Below are positions 22,957-34,400 of a stretch of DNA of 64,000 bases, in pieces; the stretch's first letter is position 1; every line of letters starts with the position of its first letter. The DNA lies in NCBI GenBank assembly GCA_963789835.1, contig CAWBMF010000009.1:28984-92983 (forward strand). Reading direction: 5' to 3'. The DNA is from an uncultured delta proteobacterium. GTDB lineage: Bacteria; Desulfobacterota; Binatia; Binatales; Binataceae. The position numbers were made by a program, and so were the translations under genes. Below the pieces are notes generated by a model. The model did not search any database and was not told the origin of the DNA. It saw nothing but the letters and a program-made list of their open reading frames with translations.

Positions 22957-24117
22957 TCAGACGACCTTGCGGAAGGCGAGCGCTGGCGGCAGCCTGACTG
23001 CTTCGAAGATTGGGACGATGCCGCTGACTATGCTAACGGCAAGCGCCGCGACCAATGCATTGAGGGTTTGCGCGGGAGTTACCCATAGGGCGCCGTTGCC
23101 GCCGAGCGCTGCGCCGAGCGTGACGCCGCCGGAGAACATCCAGAGCGCGGCGCCCGCTCCTATGATTCCGCCGACGAGTCCTATCGCGCCGCATTCGCCG
23201 AATAGCAGGAACGCTACCGCGCCGCGGCTGAAACCCAGCGCGCGCATCACGGCGACGTCGCTGATTTGTTCGCGAACCATCATGACCGTCGAGTTGGCGG
23301 CTATGAGTAGGACAGTCAGCAGCACGACGAGGCAAAGCGCGAAGACGATGGCGCGGATGTTCCCGATCGCCGACAGGCCGGACGAAAGCGCGTCGCTCTC
23401 AGTCATCGTCCGCGTCTCAGCGTCGGAGTTGGCGAAGTGTTCGTCGATCTGCTTGGCCAGCGGGCCCATCGCGTCGTTGCTGGTGGCGCGCACTATGATG
23501 TTCCACGCGATGTCTTCGTCGGGCAGGCCGTCGGCCTTGCGCGCCGCCATCAGGTAGTCGCGTCGCATCAGAAACGTATTTGGATAGCGCTTGGACACCA
23601 TCGTGCCCGTGATGATGAAAGTCATCTCCATGTGATCGGAGTCGGTGCTGCGCAGCGTGACGGTATCGCCGATCTTCCAGCCGTATTTGTGCATGAGAAT
23701 CTCGCCGACGATGGCGGAGCGCTTTTCCCGCAGAGTGCTCCGGCGCTGCTCCTCGGTCAGAGCGTAGTCGGGAAACACGTCGCCGATTTCGGGGCCTGCG
23801 CCGACGCCGAACACCGGCTCGCTCACGTCACGCCAGGTCGCGGGCCATCCCGTGATCGCGACGCACGCGGCCACGTTGGGCATTTTCTTGATGTCGTCGC
23901 AGTAGCGCGCCGGCAGATCCTCCCATGGCGCGGTCTTGTTGTTGATGATCAGGCGGAGCGTGCCCGACGCGTCCTTCACCACGCGATCCATCGAGGCCGG
24001 CACCGACACCAGCACCGTGTAGATGAAAGTGGCGAGTGCGATGGTGAGGATCGTCAATATCGTGCGGCGCAGATTCCGCCGCATGTTGCGTTCGATCAAT
24101 TTGATCCAGTTGAACAT
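22957..24117 (-). CDS. MacB/FtsX-family ABC transporter permease
   Basis: RNxRRTILT, periplasmic core, MMVREQISDVAVMRALGF, C-terminal TM helices. Confidence 0.88.
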   Translation of the reverse strand: MFNWIKLIERNMRRNLRRTILTILTIALATFIYTVLVSVPASMDRVVKDASGTLRLIINNKTAPWEDLPARYCDDIKKMPNVAACVAITGWPATWRDVSEPVFGVGAGPEIGDVFPDYALTEEQRRSTLREKRSAIVGEILMHKYGWKIGDTVTLRSTDSDHMEMTFIITGTMVSKRYPNTFLMRRDYLMAARKADGLPDEDIAWNIIVRATSNDAMGPLAKQIDEHFANSDAETRTMTESDALSSGLSAIGNIRAIVFALCLVVLLTVLLIAANSTVMMVREQISDVAVMRALGFSRGAVAFLLFGECGAIGLVGGIIGAGAALWMFSGGVTLGAALGGNGALWVTPAQTLNALVAALAVSIVSGIVPIFEAVRLPPALAFRKVV

Positions 24118-24129
24118 GACGACTCCTGT

Positions 24130-25297
24130 TCAGACCGAGCGCAGCGACTCGACTAGGCCAATGCGCGACGCGCGCCACGCCGGCAGCAATCCGCCAAGCG
24201 CGCCGATAATCAGCGCGGCGATCATTCCCGACACGAACGCGCCCAGCGTCAGCCGAAATCTGAAAATGATTTCACCGACGTTCATCAGCTGGCTGCTGAG
24301 TCCGGTCGAGTACGCGACCAGCACTCCCAGCAACTCGCCGAGGACGCCGCCGGCCAGTGCGAGCACGATGCTTTCAATGACGAAACTCGCGAGCACGTTG
24401 AACCGGCTGAAGCCCAGTACTCGCAACACGCCGATTTCGCTCGTGCGCCGCGCGACCGCCGAGTACATCGTGTTCATTGCGCCGAACACGGAGCCGACCG
24501 CCAGAATCAGCGCGACGATCAGTCCGAGCGTGCGCAGCTGATCGATGAATTGAGTTTGCTTCGCGTAAAATTCGTGCTCCGACATCGTGTCGACTCTGAT
24601 GCGCGAATCGGTCGTGAGCGATTTGGCGAAGTCGTCATGCGTGCCCGGCTTGAGCACAACGTGCAGTGCGTCGAAACCGTTGGCCACGTGCACTTCCTGC
24701 GTCAGGACGCTGAGATCGGTCAGCATCTCGGACTCGCGCGCGCTGTCCTGGTCGGAAAAAACCCCGACGATTTTGAAAGTGCGCGGACCGAATTTGAAAT
24801 CGTTGCCGACTGCGAGATTCGGATAACGCGCCGCCAGCTTGCGGCCGACGACCATCTCGGCGGCACCGCCGTTCGGCCAGCGCCCGCTCTCAAGGTCGCA
24901 TCCCGCCATGGACCTGGTAGCCGATTGGATTGACGCCGCGAAGGAGCGTGAACATCACGCCCGAGGTGACCGCTGCGGCGGGATTCGGATTGAAACCGGT
25001 GATCACTTCGGGCGAGATGAGCGCCTGGCCGTCGGGCGTCGTGGCGATTTGCGGGCGGCTCTTGATGATCTCGTATTGCTCATGCGTGATGAAGCTGCCG
25101 CCTTCGTCGGTGGTGCCGCGGCTGAGCACGATGTAATTGTCGGGGAGCCCGCTATTCATCACTGTCGCGCGCAGACCCGCGACGAAGCCCGACAGGATGA
25201 AGAGCAACATCACGACCAGCGCGACCACCGACGCCGTCATCGCACTGGTCGCTCGGCGAACCATCAGGCTGCGCAAGTTGTAGCGAATCGGGATCAA
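24130..25297 (-). CDS. MacB/FtsX-family ABC transporter permease; apparent frameshift near 24895
   Basis: MIPIRYNLRSLMVRR N-part (24890-25297) joins (M)RLESGRWP...AMNTMYSAVARRTSEIGVLRVLGF...PAWRASR (24130-24909). Confidence 0.85.
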
Positions 25298-25493
25298 TTC
25301 ACCCTCCCCGTAGTCGATGCGGGCGAGAACGAACGTTTGCGCGAGTTGGAAAGGGATGGATTCTAGCCAGTCGGCGACTGCAATCCTAGAGGGTATTGAT
25401 CTCGCCGGTGCAGTTCACGAACTGCGCCCTCGCGTCACGCTTGGCGGGGCGCGGCTCCGATACTAAGCTTCAAAATAAGTTGGAGGCGAAGCG

Positions 25494-26960
25494 ATGAGCG
25501 GCAGCAAGTCAGAGGCGCAGAAGATTCGCGCGGGACTCAAGCATCCGGTGATCGACGCCGACGGCCATTGGCTGGAGTTCGGCCCGATCATTCTCGAGCA
25601 GTTGGAAAAATTTGGCGGCAGCCGCGCAGTGGACGGATTTCGCTCGTTCAACGGCCGCGTGTCGAAGCGACTGACGGCGTCGGAGGACGAACGCAAGCGC
25701 AGGCGGCGCGCGCAGGAAGCATTCTGGGCGTTGCCCACGAAGAACACGCGCGATCGCGCGACCGAGATTTTGCCGCGGCTGCTGTACGAACGCCTCGACG
25801 AATTCGGCATGGATTTCACGGTGCTGTATCCGACCGCCGGCCTCGGCATTCCGTTTCATCCTGATGACGAGACGCGGCGCGCGACCTGCCGCGCGTTCAA
25901 CCGGTTCATCGCGGAATTTTTCGGAGAGTTTTCCGATCGCATGACGCCCGCGGCCGTGATCCCGATGCACACGCCGGAAGAGGCGTGCGCCGAGCTCGAA
26001 TACGTGGTGAGAGAACTCGGGCTGAAAGTCGTGATGATGGCGAGCATGGTGCGGCGGCAGATTCCCGCGGTGGCCGACAAGACGCCGGACGCGGCGCGAT
26101 TCGCCACGTGGTTCGACATGCTCGGGCTCGACAGCGAGTACAACTACGATCCGGTGTGGGCCAAGTGCGTCGAGCTGGGAATCTCGCCGACGTTTCATTC
26201 GGGTTCGCGCGGCATTGGACTGCGCAATTCGCCGACCAATTTTGTTTACAATCATATCGGACACTTCGCTGCCGCGAGCGAAGCGGTCTGCAAGGCGATT
26301 TTTCTCGGCGGCGTGACGCGTCGATTTCCGCAACTCAAAATGGGCTTCCTCGAAGGCGGAGTCGGATGGGCGTGCGCCCTGTACTGCGATCTGATCGGCC
26401 ATTGGAAGAAGCGCAATCGCGACGCGCTCGAGGAGACCAATCCCGCGAATCTCGATCGCGAGATGCTCACGCAGCTCATCCGCCAGTACGGCGGCAAGTG
26501 GGTCGAAGGCAAGCTGGAGCCGAAGGCGGACGCCCCCAACGTCGCGACGATCCTGGAGCGCGATCAGAGCGGCGCCACCGGCGGAGTTCGCGAGCTCGAC
26601 GATTATGCCGCCTGCAAGATCAAGCGGGGCGAAGACATCCGCGACTTGTTCGTCGACAATTTTTATTTCGGCTGCGAGGCCGACGACCCGCTCAACGCCT
26701 ACGCGTTCAACCGCAAGGCGAATCCGTACGGCGCGAAGATCAACGTGCTGTTCGGCTCCGACATCGGGCATTTCGACGTGCCGGATATGAAGAACGTCGT
26801 GCCGGAAGCGTACGAGCTGGTGGAGGACGAGCTGATCACTGCGGACGATTTTCGCGATTTCATGTTCGTCAACCCGGTGCGCTTCTGGGGCGAGGCGAAT
26901 CCGAATTTTTTCAAGGGCACGCGCGTCGAGAAAGAAGCCGCCGCTCTGCTCGCGCGCTAG
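25494..26960 (+). CDS. amidohydrolase_2 family protein
   Basis: VIDADGH, VLYPT, YDPVWAKC, FHS, FLEGGVGW, FGSDIGHFD. Confidence 0.9.
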   Translation: MSGSKSEAQKIRAGLKHPVIDADGHWLEFGPIILEQLEKFGGSRAVDGFRSFNGRVSKRLTASEDERKRRRRAQEAFWALPTKNTRDRATEILPRLLYERLDEFGMDFTVLYPTAGLGIPFHPDDETRRATCRAFNRFIAEFFGEFSDRMTPAAVIPMHTPEEACAELEYVVRELGLKVVMMASMVRRQIPAVADKTPDAARFATWFDMLGLDSEYNYDPVWAKCVELGISPTFHSGSRGIGLRNSPTNFVYNHIGHFAAASEAVCKAIFLGGVTRRFPQLKMGFLEGGVGWACALYCDLIGHWKKRNRDALEETNPANLDREMLTQLIRQYGGKWVEGKLEPKADAPNVATILERDQSGATGGVRELDDYAACKIKRGEDIRDLFVDNFYFGCEADDPLNAYAFNRKANPYGAKINVLFGSDIGHFDVPDMKNVVPEAYELVEDELITADDFRDFMFVNPVRFWGEANPNFFKGTRVEKEAAALLAR

Positions 26961-27289
26961 TTGCCGACTGCGCGCGGAGCCATCGAAGCGCTGCGCTCGG
27001 TTCGATTTCCGAAGCGGCGAATCAGGTAGAGCAGGGGACCGACGCTGCCAAGCGCAATCGTGAGAATGACATACGGAATGGCGGAGGTCTTGCGCGCGCG
27101 AGCGTCGTCGCCCATCCAGGCCAGGATGAGAACCAGCGCGATCGCGAGATCGACGAACGCGGTGAAACCGCCGAAGTTCGCGAGGATCACGCGGAAGAAG
27201 CCGATATAGCCGTAGAGGTAAATCGAATACGCGTCGCACGCGAGCAAAACTATCAGCGCGGCTGAGAGTGCGAGCTGCTTGCGATTCAT
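26957..27289 (-). CDS. DUF2834-like small membrane protein
   Basis: DLAIAL..WMGDDARAR..PY..LGSVGPLLYLIRR. Confidence 0.75.
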   Translation of the reverse strand: MNRKQLALSAALIVLLACDAYSIYLYGYIGFFRVILANFGGFTAFVDLAIALVLILAWMGDDARARKTSAIPYVILTIALGSVGPLLYLIRRFGNRTERSASMAPRAVGN

Positions 27290-27304
27290 CGCGTCCTCCC
27301 GGAT

Positions 27305-27982
27305 TCAGGCTTTCGAATTTTCCGCGAACGCGCGCCTGGCGGCGGCGGCGAATGCGCGCACCCGCGCCGGATCTTTCTTGCCGCGATTGCCGGGAACGTC
27401 GGTGTGCGTGAACGAATCGACGCCCCACGGCCTGACCGTCGCGATTGCCGCGGCCACGTTCTCGGCGGACAGGCCGCCCGCGAGGATCACCGGCACCCGC
27501 GAGCGCTCGACCACCGTGCGGCTGATCGACCAGTCGTGCGTCTCGCCGGTTGCGCCGGCGTAGGGCGGACCCTTCGCGCCGGAATCGAGCATCAGGTAGT
27601 CGAGGCAAGTCTGATGCGCGTCGGCTTCGGTGAGCGTTTCACCGGCGCGCACTGCGATCGCGCGCAGGAGCATGACGGGCGCGATGCGTTGGCGAATCCA
27701 CGCGCAGTCCTCGGGCTCGATCTCTCGCGCGACGACATGCAGAACATCCGGCCGCACGGCGTCGACCATCGCGCAAATCTCGTCGCGATCGTCGGACAGC
27801 GACAGCGCCACGCCGCGTGAGCGCGGGCGAATCGCGGCGAGAATTTCGCGCGCCGCGTCAGCGCCGATCGCCTCGGCGACGACGCCCGGCTCGGCCACGA
27901 CGAGGCCTATCAGATCGGCACCGGCCTCTGCCGTCGCGACCGCGTCGGCCACCGACGTCATGCTGTAAATCTGGACCGCCAT
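27305..27982 (-). CDS. phosphoribosylanthranilate isomerase (TrpF)-like protein with altered N-terminal active-site motif
   Basis: GADLIGLV, LMLDS, GATGETHDW, ILAGGL..ENV, PWGVDS, KD..RVRAF; begins MAVQIYSMT instead of KICG. Confidence 0.8.
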   Translation of the reverse strand: MAVQIYSMTSVADAVATAEAGADLIGLVVAEPGVVAEAIGADAAREILAAIRPRSRGVALSLSDDRDEICAMVDAVRPDVLHVVAREIEPEDCAWIRQRIAPVMLLRAIAVRAGETLTEADAHQTCLDYLMLDSGAKGPPYAGATGETHDWSISRTVVERSRVPVILAGGLSAENVAAAIATVRPWGVDSFTHTDVPGNRGKKDPARVRAFAAAARRAFAENSKA

Positions 27983-27992
27983 CCGCCCGCGT

Positions 27993-29726
27993 TTATCCGC
28001 GGCCGCCGCGCAGCAGTCGGCCGGGCGTCGCGCCGGTGCATCGACCATCGTCCCAGGTCATCTCGCCATTGACGATGATCGCGCGATAACCGCGCGCATG
28101 CTGCACGCGACGCCATTCGCCGCCCGGAAAGTCGTGCGCGATATCGCCGACCCAATCCGGCTCGACCCCGAGTCGATTGAGATCGTAAACGATGACGTCC
28201 GCTGCCATGCCCTCGCGCAGGACGCCGCGATCGCGGAAACCCGCCGCGTGCGCGGGCAGCGCCGAGAGCCGGTAGTGTGCCTCCTCGAGCGTGACGCGCT
28301 GCTCGTCGCGCACTAGCCAGCCGAGAAAATCGGTGGTGTAAGCGCCGCCGGTGAAGAACTTGGTATGCGCGCCGCCGTCCGACACGCCGGGAATCGTGTA
28401 CGGCGAGTCGTTGATCATCTCGGCGTAAAACTCCGCGTTGAAGCCGCGATTCGGTCCCAGGAACTCGACCTTGAGTTCACCGGCGATCGACAGATCGAGC
28501 ATCACGTCGATCTCATGCTTGTTTTCTTCCGTCGCGATTTGGCCGATCGATTTGCCGACGTATTTCTCGAGCTCCGGCTTGTCTCCCGCCCACGACACGA
28601 TCAGCAGACGAATCGGTCCGCCGACGCCCGCCTGGATCGCCTCGAGCTTCTTGTTCGCCTCGTCGTGCTCGCGCTTGATCGCCGCGCGCAGCGCCGGATC
28701 TTTCATCTTGGCGATTTTTTCTTCGTTGCTGCCGGTCGTGACCGTGCGCCACGCGGGACTCGCGTCGTAGAGATTCCAATTTTCGAGCGTGAACGCGAAA
28801 CCGGTGCGCAGCGTCGCCGTCTGGCCGAAGATGGGCAGCCCTTTCTCGCGGCATCGCTTGAGCCAGGCGAGGCTGCGCTGATGAACTTTCGGATTGTGGC
28901 GCGCGGGCGCGATCGCGTTGTGCAGGATTGGCCGATTCGCCTCTGCCGCAAGCCGTTCGAGAAACGCGAGGTCCTCCTTGATATGCCCAGTCGCCTGCGT
29001 GATCTGCACGAAGCCCTCGTCACGCTCGCGCAGCACGCGCGCAAGATTGAGGATGTCCTCGTCGCACATCGTGTCCGTGACCATCGGCGATCCGTCGAAG
29101 TCGGCCTGCGTCGAATCCGGCCCGAGCCGCTGCACCGAGAATCCCGCGAGCCCCGCGTCCATTCCCTCGGCCAGCAGTCGGCGCATCTCGGCGCGTTCGT
29201 CGTCCGTCGCGGGCCGCGTCTTGGCGGCCTCGAGTCCCATCACGTAGGTCAGCATCGACGACGTCGGCAGGTACTGAATCACGTTGACGCCCTTGGCCGT
29301 GCGGTCGAGCGAGTCGAGGTACTGCGGAATCGTCTCCCAATCCCACTTCATCCCAACCTTCATCGACTCGTAGGGAATCGCTTCCGTGCGCGTCATCGTC
29401 AGCATCGAGCGCTCGCGGAATTCCGGCTTGACCGGCACGAAGCCGAAGCCGCAGTTGCCGAGCACCACCGACGTGACCCCATGCCATCCCGAAATCGTGC
29501 AGTACGGGTCCCATCGAATCTGCGCGTCGTAATGCGTATGCAAATCGACGAAGCCGGGCGCGACGATCATGCCGCCGGCGTCGACGGTCTTCTTCGCGAA
29601 TCCGGGTGAGCGGCCGCCCACCTGCGCAATCTTGCCGTCCTTAACCCAGACGTCGGCGCGGTATCGCGGCACTCGCGTGCCATCAACAACGGTTCCACCT
29701 TTGATATGTAGATCGAAATCGGCCAT
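27993..29726 (-). CDS. N-acyl-D-amino-acid deacylase-family amidohydrolase
   Basis: GGTVVDGT, PGFVDLHTHYDAQ, GNCGFG, SDGGAH, DRGVLREGMAAD. Confidence 0.92.
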   Translation of the reverse strand: MADFDLHIKGGTVVDGTRVPRYRADVWVKDGKIAQVGGRSPGFAKKTVDAGGMIVAPGFVDLHTHYDAQIRWDPYCTISGWHGVTSVVLGNCGFGFVPVKPEFRERSMLTMTRTEAIPYESMKVGMKWDWETIPQYLDSLDRTAKGVNVIQYLPTSSMLTYVMGLEAAKTRPATDDERAEMRRLLAEGMDAGLAGFSVQRLGPDSTQADFDGSPMVTDTMCDEDILNLARVLRERDEGFVQITQATGHIKEDLAFLERLAAEANRPILHNAIAPARHNPKVHQRSLAWLKRCREKGLPIFGQTATLRTGFAFTLENWNLYDASPAWRTVTTGSNEEKIAKMKDPALRAAIKREHDEANKKLEAIQAGVGGPIRLLIVSWAGDKPELEKYVGKSIGQIATEENKHEIDVMLDLSIAGELKVEFLGPNRGFNAEFYAEMINDSPYTIPGVSDGGAHTKFFTGGAYTTDFLGWLVRDEQRVTLEEAHYRLSALPAHAAGFRDRGVLREGMAADVIVYDLNRLGVEPDWVGDIAHDFPGGEWRRVQHARGYRAIIVNGEMTWDDGRCTGATPGRLLRGGRG

Positions 29727-29900
29727 CGAAAGATCCCTCCTTCGAAGACAAGGTCGGTGAGTGAGCGCGCTACAGTTTTCGTTTACAGCATCGCGGATCG
29801 GTTTACAAACGAGCCCACCGACGGTCCGCCCGCCGAATTGGTTTGCCCTGAGCGTCGGTGACGTGGCACACAGATAGTCAGTATCCAGGAGGATCGAGCC

Positions 29901-31494
29901 ATGGCATCATCCGCGCCCAAAGACGCGTCCGCTCAAACCTATCCGATCGTTGAAACCACCCACGGCAAGGTGCGCGGCGTCGCCGCGGATGGCGTCAGCA
30001 GCTTCAAAGGCATCCCGTACGGCGCCTCGACCGCGGGACGCAATCGCTTCATGCCGCCGGTTGCGCCGACGCCCTGGCCCGGCGTGCGCGACGCTCTCAG
30101 CTACGGACCCAGCGCGCCGCAAAATCCCTCCTCGATGCGCGGGCTGGTCGATCCGAAGAGCGCATTCGCCGCGTACGGCGACGCCGACAGTATCGTCGAA
30201 AGCGAGGACTGCCTCGTGCTCAACGTGTGGACGCCGGCCGCGGACGATAGCAGCGCGCGGCCCGTGATGGTCTGGCTTCATGGCGGTGGCTTCCAGGCGA
30301 GCTCGGGCTCGCCGCCGATCTACGATGGCAGCAACCTGGCGCGGCGTGGCGACGTGGTCGTCGTCAGCGTGAACCATCGCCTGGGCGCGTTGGGCTACAC
30401 ATTTTTCGCCGGTATCGGCGGCAACGACTTCAGCGAATCGCGCAACGCCGGAATGTTGGACCTGGTCGCTGCGCTGGATTGGGTGCGCGGCAACATCGCG
30501 AAGTTCGGCGGCGATCCGCGCAGGGTAACGATCTTCGGCGAGTCCGGCGGCGGACAGAAAGTCTCGACCTTGATGGCGATGCCGGCGGCGAAGGACCTGT
30601 TTCATCGCGCGGTCGTCCAGAGCGGCCCGGGACTCAAGATGAACAAGCTGAGCCACGCGAACCAGGTCGCCGAAATGCTGCTCGCTGAACTCGGCCTCAG
30701 CCGCGGACAGGTCCGCGAAGCGCAGTCGGTGCCGGTCGAACGCATCGTCGCGGCGCAGGCCGCCGTCCAAATCAAACTCGGAGCGCGCGTTCCCGGATTT
30801 ATCCAGGGCTTCTCGCCGGTCGTCGACGGCGTCACGCTTCCGCGTCATCCATTCGATCCCGACGCGCCCGACGTTTCCGCCGGCGTGCCGTTAATCATCG
30901 GCTACAACCGCACCGAGATGACGCTGTTCATGGCCGGCGATGCCAAGGCCTTTTCTCTCGACGAGGACGGGCTCCATCGGCGCGCCGGCCGCCTGCTTGG
31001 CGAGCATGCCGATCGCGTGATCGAAATTTTCCGCAAGGAGAATCCCGGTGCGAGTCCATCTGAGCTGATGTTCCTGATTGGCACCGAGTATCCGATGGCG
31101 GCCTGGTCGAGAAAGATTGCGGAGCGCAAAGCTGCCTTAGGCGGCGCGTCCGCGTACCTGTACCGATTCGATTGGGAGACCCCCGTCGCAGGTGGGCGCA
31201 TGAAATCGCCGCACGCGCTCGAGATACCATTTGTGTTCAACAACGTTGGCCCGCTAACCGCACGCCTCGCGCCCGACAAGCCCGACGTTTTGGCCCTCGC
31301 GCATTCGATGAGCGATCGTTGGATCGCATTCGCGCGCACCGGCGATCCCAATGCGGACCAGGCTCCTCGATGGACTCCGTACACTGGATCGGAGCGCGCG
31401 ACGATAATCTTCAACACGCGAAAGCAGGGTCGAGCAGGATCCGAATCAGGCTGAGCGCGAGGCGATCGACAATATTCTGTTTCCGCAGAATTAG
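29901..31494 (+). CDS. type-B carboxylesterase; probable frameshift near 31417
   Basis: FKGIPYG, SEDCLVLNVW, WLHGGGF, GESGG, HALEIP; family-like tail ESRVEQDP..ERE continues in another frame to TAG 31494. Confidence 0.9.
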
Positions 31495-34400
31495 TTTCGC
31501 CGCGCGATCGAATCGACGCGGTACAGCCGCCATTCCTCCGGCACGCCGCGAAGCCGGTGCGATCCCGCATCGGTCAGAACCATCCCGGAACCGGCGACGA
31601 GGTCGCGCACCGTGCTCGACACCAACACCTGGTCGGGCTCCGCCGTAGTCGCGATGCGCGCGCCAATATGAAGCGCGATACCGACCGCCTGGTCTCCCAC
31701 CCACACGCACTCGCCGCAATGCAGCCCCGCCCGTAGCTGCATGCCGAGCGCAGATGCCGCCGTCCGAATCTCGAACACCGCGGCCACCGCCTCGGCCGGC
31801 GCGTCGAACAACGCGAGGAACCCGTCGCCTGGATTGCTGATTTCGCGCCCGCGAAATGCCGCCAGGGTTTTTCTGACAATCGAATAATACTGCCCCAGCT
31901 TGTCGCCCCACTGGCGATCGCCGAGGCGCACCGCATGCCCGGTCGATCCCACGATGTCGAAGTACAGGATCGTCTCCAGCGTCCGCGTCGATTCGCCCGA
32001 CGCGTCGCGGCGAATGCTTCGCGCCGGTGCCGTGCTTCGTCTTCAGCGCGCGCGCTTGTTCCTGCAGCGCAGTCAGTCCGAGCAATTCGGCAGACGCGAG
32101 CGCTTGATCGTTCAGCTCCAACGCTCGAGCACTATCTTCATCCTGGCCCCGCTCGATCAACATCGCGGCGTATTCATGCTGGCTGTGCGCAAGCCATCCG
32201 CGCGCGCCGATTCTCGCGTTCATCGAGATCGCCGTTTCGTAATGCCGCTGCGCATCGTCGTATCGCTGCATCAGCGCCGCCAGGTTGCCCAGATAACGCG
32301 AGGCGGACCCGTAACACACCTCGGTCCATCCAATCATCGTGTTCCGCTCGGCATACGGCAGCATGAGTTCGTAGATTCGCGCCGCGCGCTCGCGGTCCTG
32401 GATGAACACGCAAATAGTCGTCAGGATCGCCATCGTCGCCAGCCAATTCCAGTCGCGGCGCAACGCAGCGAAATCTTCGCGCGCAAGGTACTCGAATTGA
32501 ACTCGGGCTTCCGCTTCGCGTCCGGCCTCGACATGCGCCAGCGCCAATCCGGATCGCGCGACGTCAAGCACCGGATACTGCTCGACGTACGCGCGCAGCA
32601 TCGGTTCGAGCTCGCCCATCCGCCGCTGCTCGAAACGAATGAAACTCACCTGCGCTGCGTACGACAGCAGCGCGCGCGGCTCCTGGCGCCGCTGACCGAC
32701 CACCATCGCGTGTTCCGCCAGCCGTTCGCCCTCGCTCGAGTCGCCGCGCAACAACGCTCGCATCGCGTTCGTAAGCTCGACCATCGAGCTTTCGCCGTGC
32801 AACAACGCGCGCATCGCGTGCGAAGGCTCGACCATCGAGCTGCTGCCGCCGGTTTTCTCGGAAAGTTCCTTGTAGGTCTTGAGATCGGCCTCGGCTTCCT
32901 GCATCGCGCCCGTCTCGAGCAAATCCGCCAGATGCATCTCGAGGGCTCTGAGAGCCCATTGTGGGTCCTTGATGCGTTCCGCGAGCTGCACCATCTCCTG
33001 CGCCGTCTTCAGCCGCGCATCCAGGTTGTCAGGTCCCCACAACGAGTAATGCCACATGCATAGCGCGTAAATCAGCGCCGACGGATTGTCGAGCCGTCGC
33101 GCCATCTCGACCGCATTCCGCGACAGCTCGACCGATCGCGCGCGCTGGTCCGACCAGTAAAGCGCAGCCGCCAGCCGCGCGATCAGCATCGCCTTCTGCG
33201 CGCTGTCGGACCTCGCCCGATGTGCGCAGCGCCTCTTCCAGCAACTCGACCAGCATTCCATCCACCGTTCCGGCCCTGCTCGATGGAATGCCGACTCCCA
33301 GCGCGGCCCTTGCCAACGCGCCGCTGTCATTCGACTTGCGGGCGAGAGCGGCTGCCCGCGCAAAAACCTCCCGCGCACGATCGAAGTAGCCGGCTCTGCT
33401 CAGCGCCTCGCCGAGTTCGACCATCAGGCCGCAGCTCTCGGCTTGTTCCAGGGCCGGCGCGGCCGCGAGCGCGTCGAGCGCCAGTTGGTAGAGGCGCGCG
33501 CCTTCCTCATATGCCAATTGCTGCATCGCCCGCCGCGCGCCACGCACCGCGAACTCGACTGCCTTGTCGCGCGTCTCCGGCCGGGATCGATCGCGCGTAA
33601 TGCTCGGCGAGTTGCGGCAGGTAGTCGATCAGGTCGTCAGGATGAAGCAACTCGAGCGCTTGCGCGATCTGCTGATGAAGCTGCATCTGCCGCAGCCGCG
33701 GAAGATCTGCCGCCAGCGTTTCTGGAATCATCGCATGGCTGAATCGGAAGCGGCCCGCCGCATCGCTGTATTCCTTGACGATCCCGTGCGACACGCTTTC
33801 CGCGAGCCGCGTGATGCATTCGGGGGGCGCGAGCGCGGACACCTGCGACAGCAGTTGGATGTCAAACTCGCGCCCGATCACTGATGCGATTTCGATCGTA
33901 TCGCGCGCTTCGTTCGACAGCGGCGCAACTCTCTTGCGAATCGCTTCGTGCACGCTGTCGGGAATCGCCAGCGCGGCGATTCGATCCTGCGCGCCGGCCT
34001 CGGGATGCGCGCGCAGCAGCCGCAGCGTCTCGTCGAGAAAAAATGGATTGCCCTCGGTCACCTCGCACAGCTTGGAAACCAAGCGGTTGTTGGGCATGAG
34101 CGCGGCGTTGCTCCTGGCGAACGCGGCGACTTCCTTCTCGCTCAGTCCGCCCAAATGGATCGTGCGGCCTTCTCGTCCGATCGAGCTGAGAAGCTGCGCA
34201 TGCTCCGCCGACAGCCGCACCTCTGTGCCGCGATAAGTCGCCAGGATCAAAATTTTGCTTTGCAGCAGGTCGCGCGCGACAAAGCGCAGCAGATGCAGTG
34301 AATCGGCGTCGGCCGCGTGCAGATCGTCGAGCACCAAAACCAGCGGCGAAGCAGTCGACAACCGCTTCAGATACGCCGCGATCGAATCGAACAGCTCGAA

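Noticed and set aside
25509-27608. 699-aa minus-strand ORF and the many similar long overlapping ORFs
   Set aside because: Arg/Ala-rich antisense or alternate-frame shadows of motif-bearing genes, expected in high-GC DNA.
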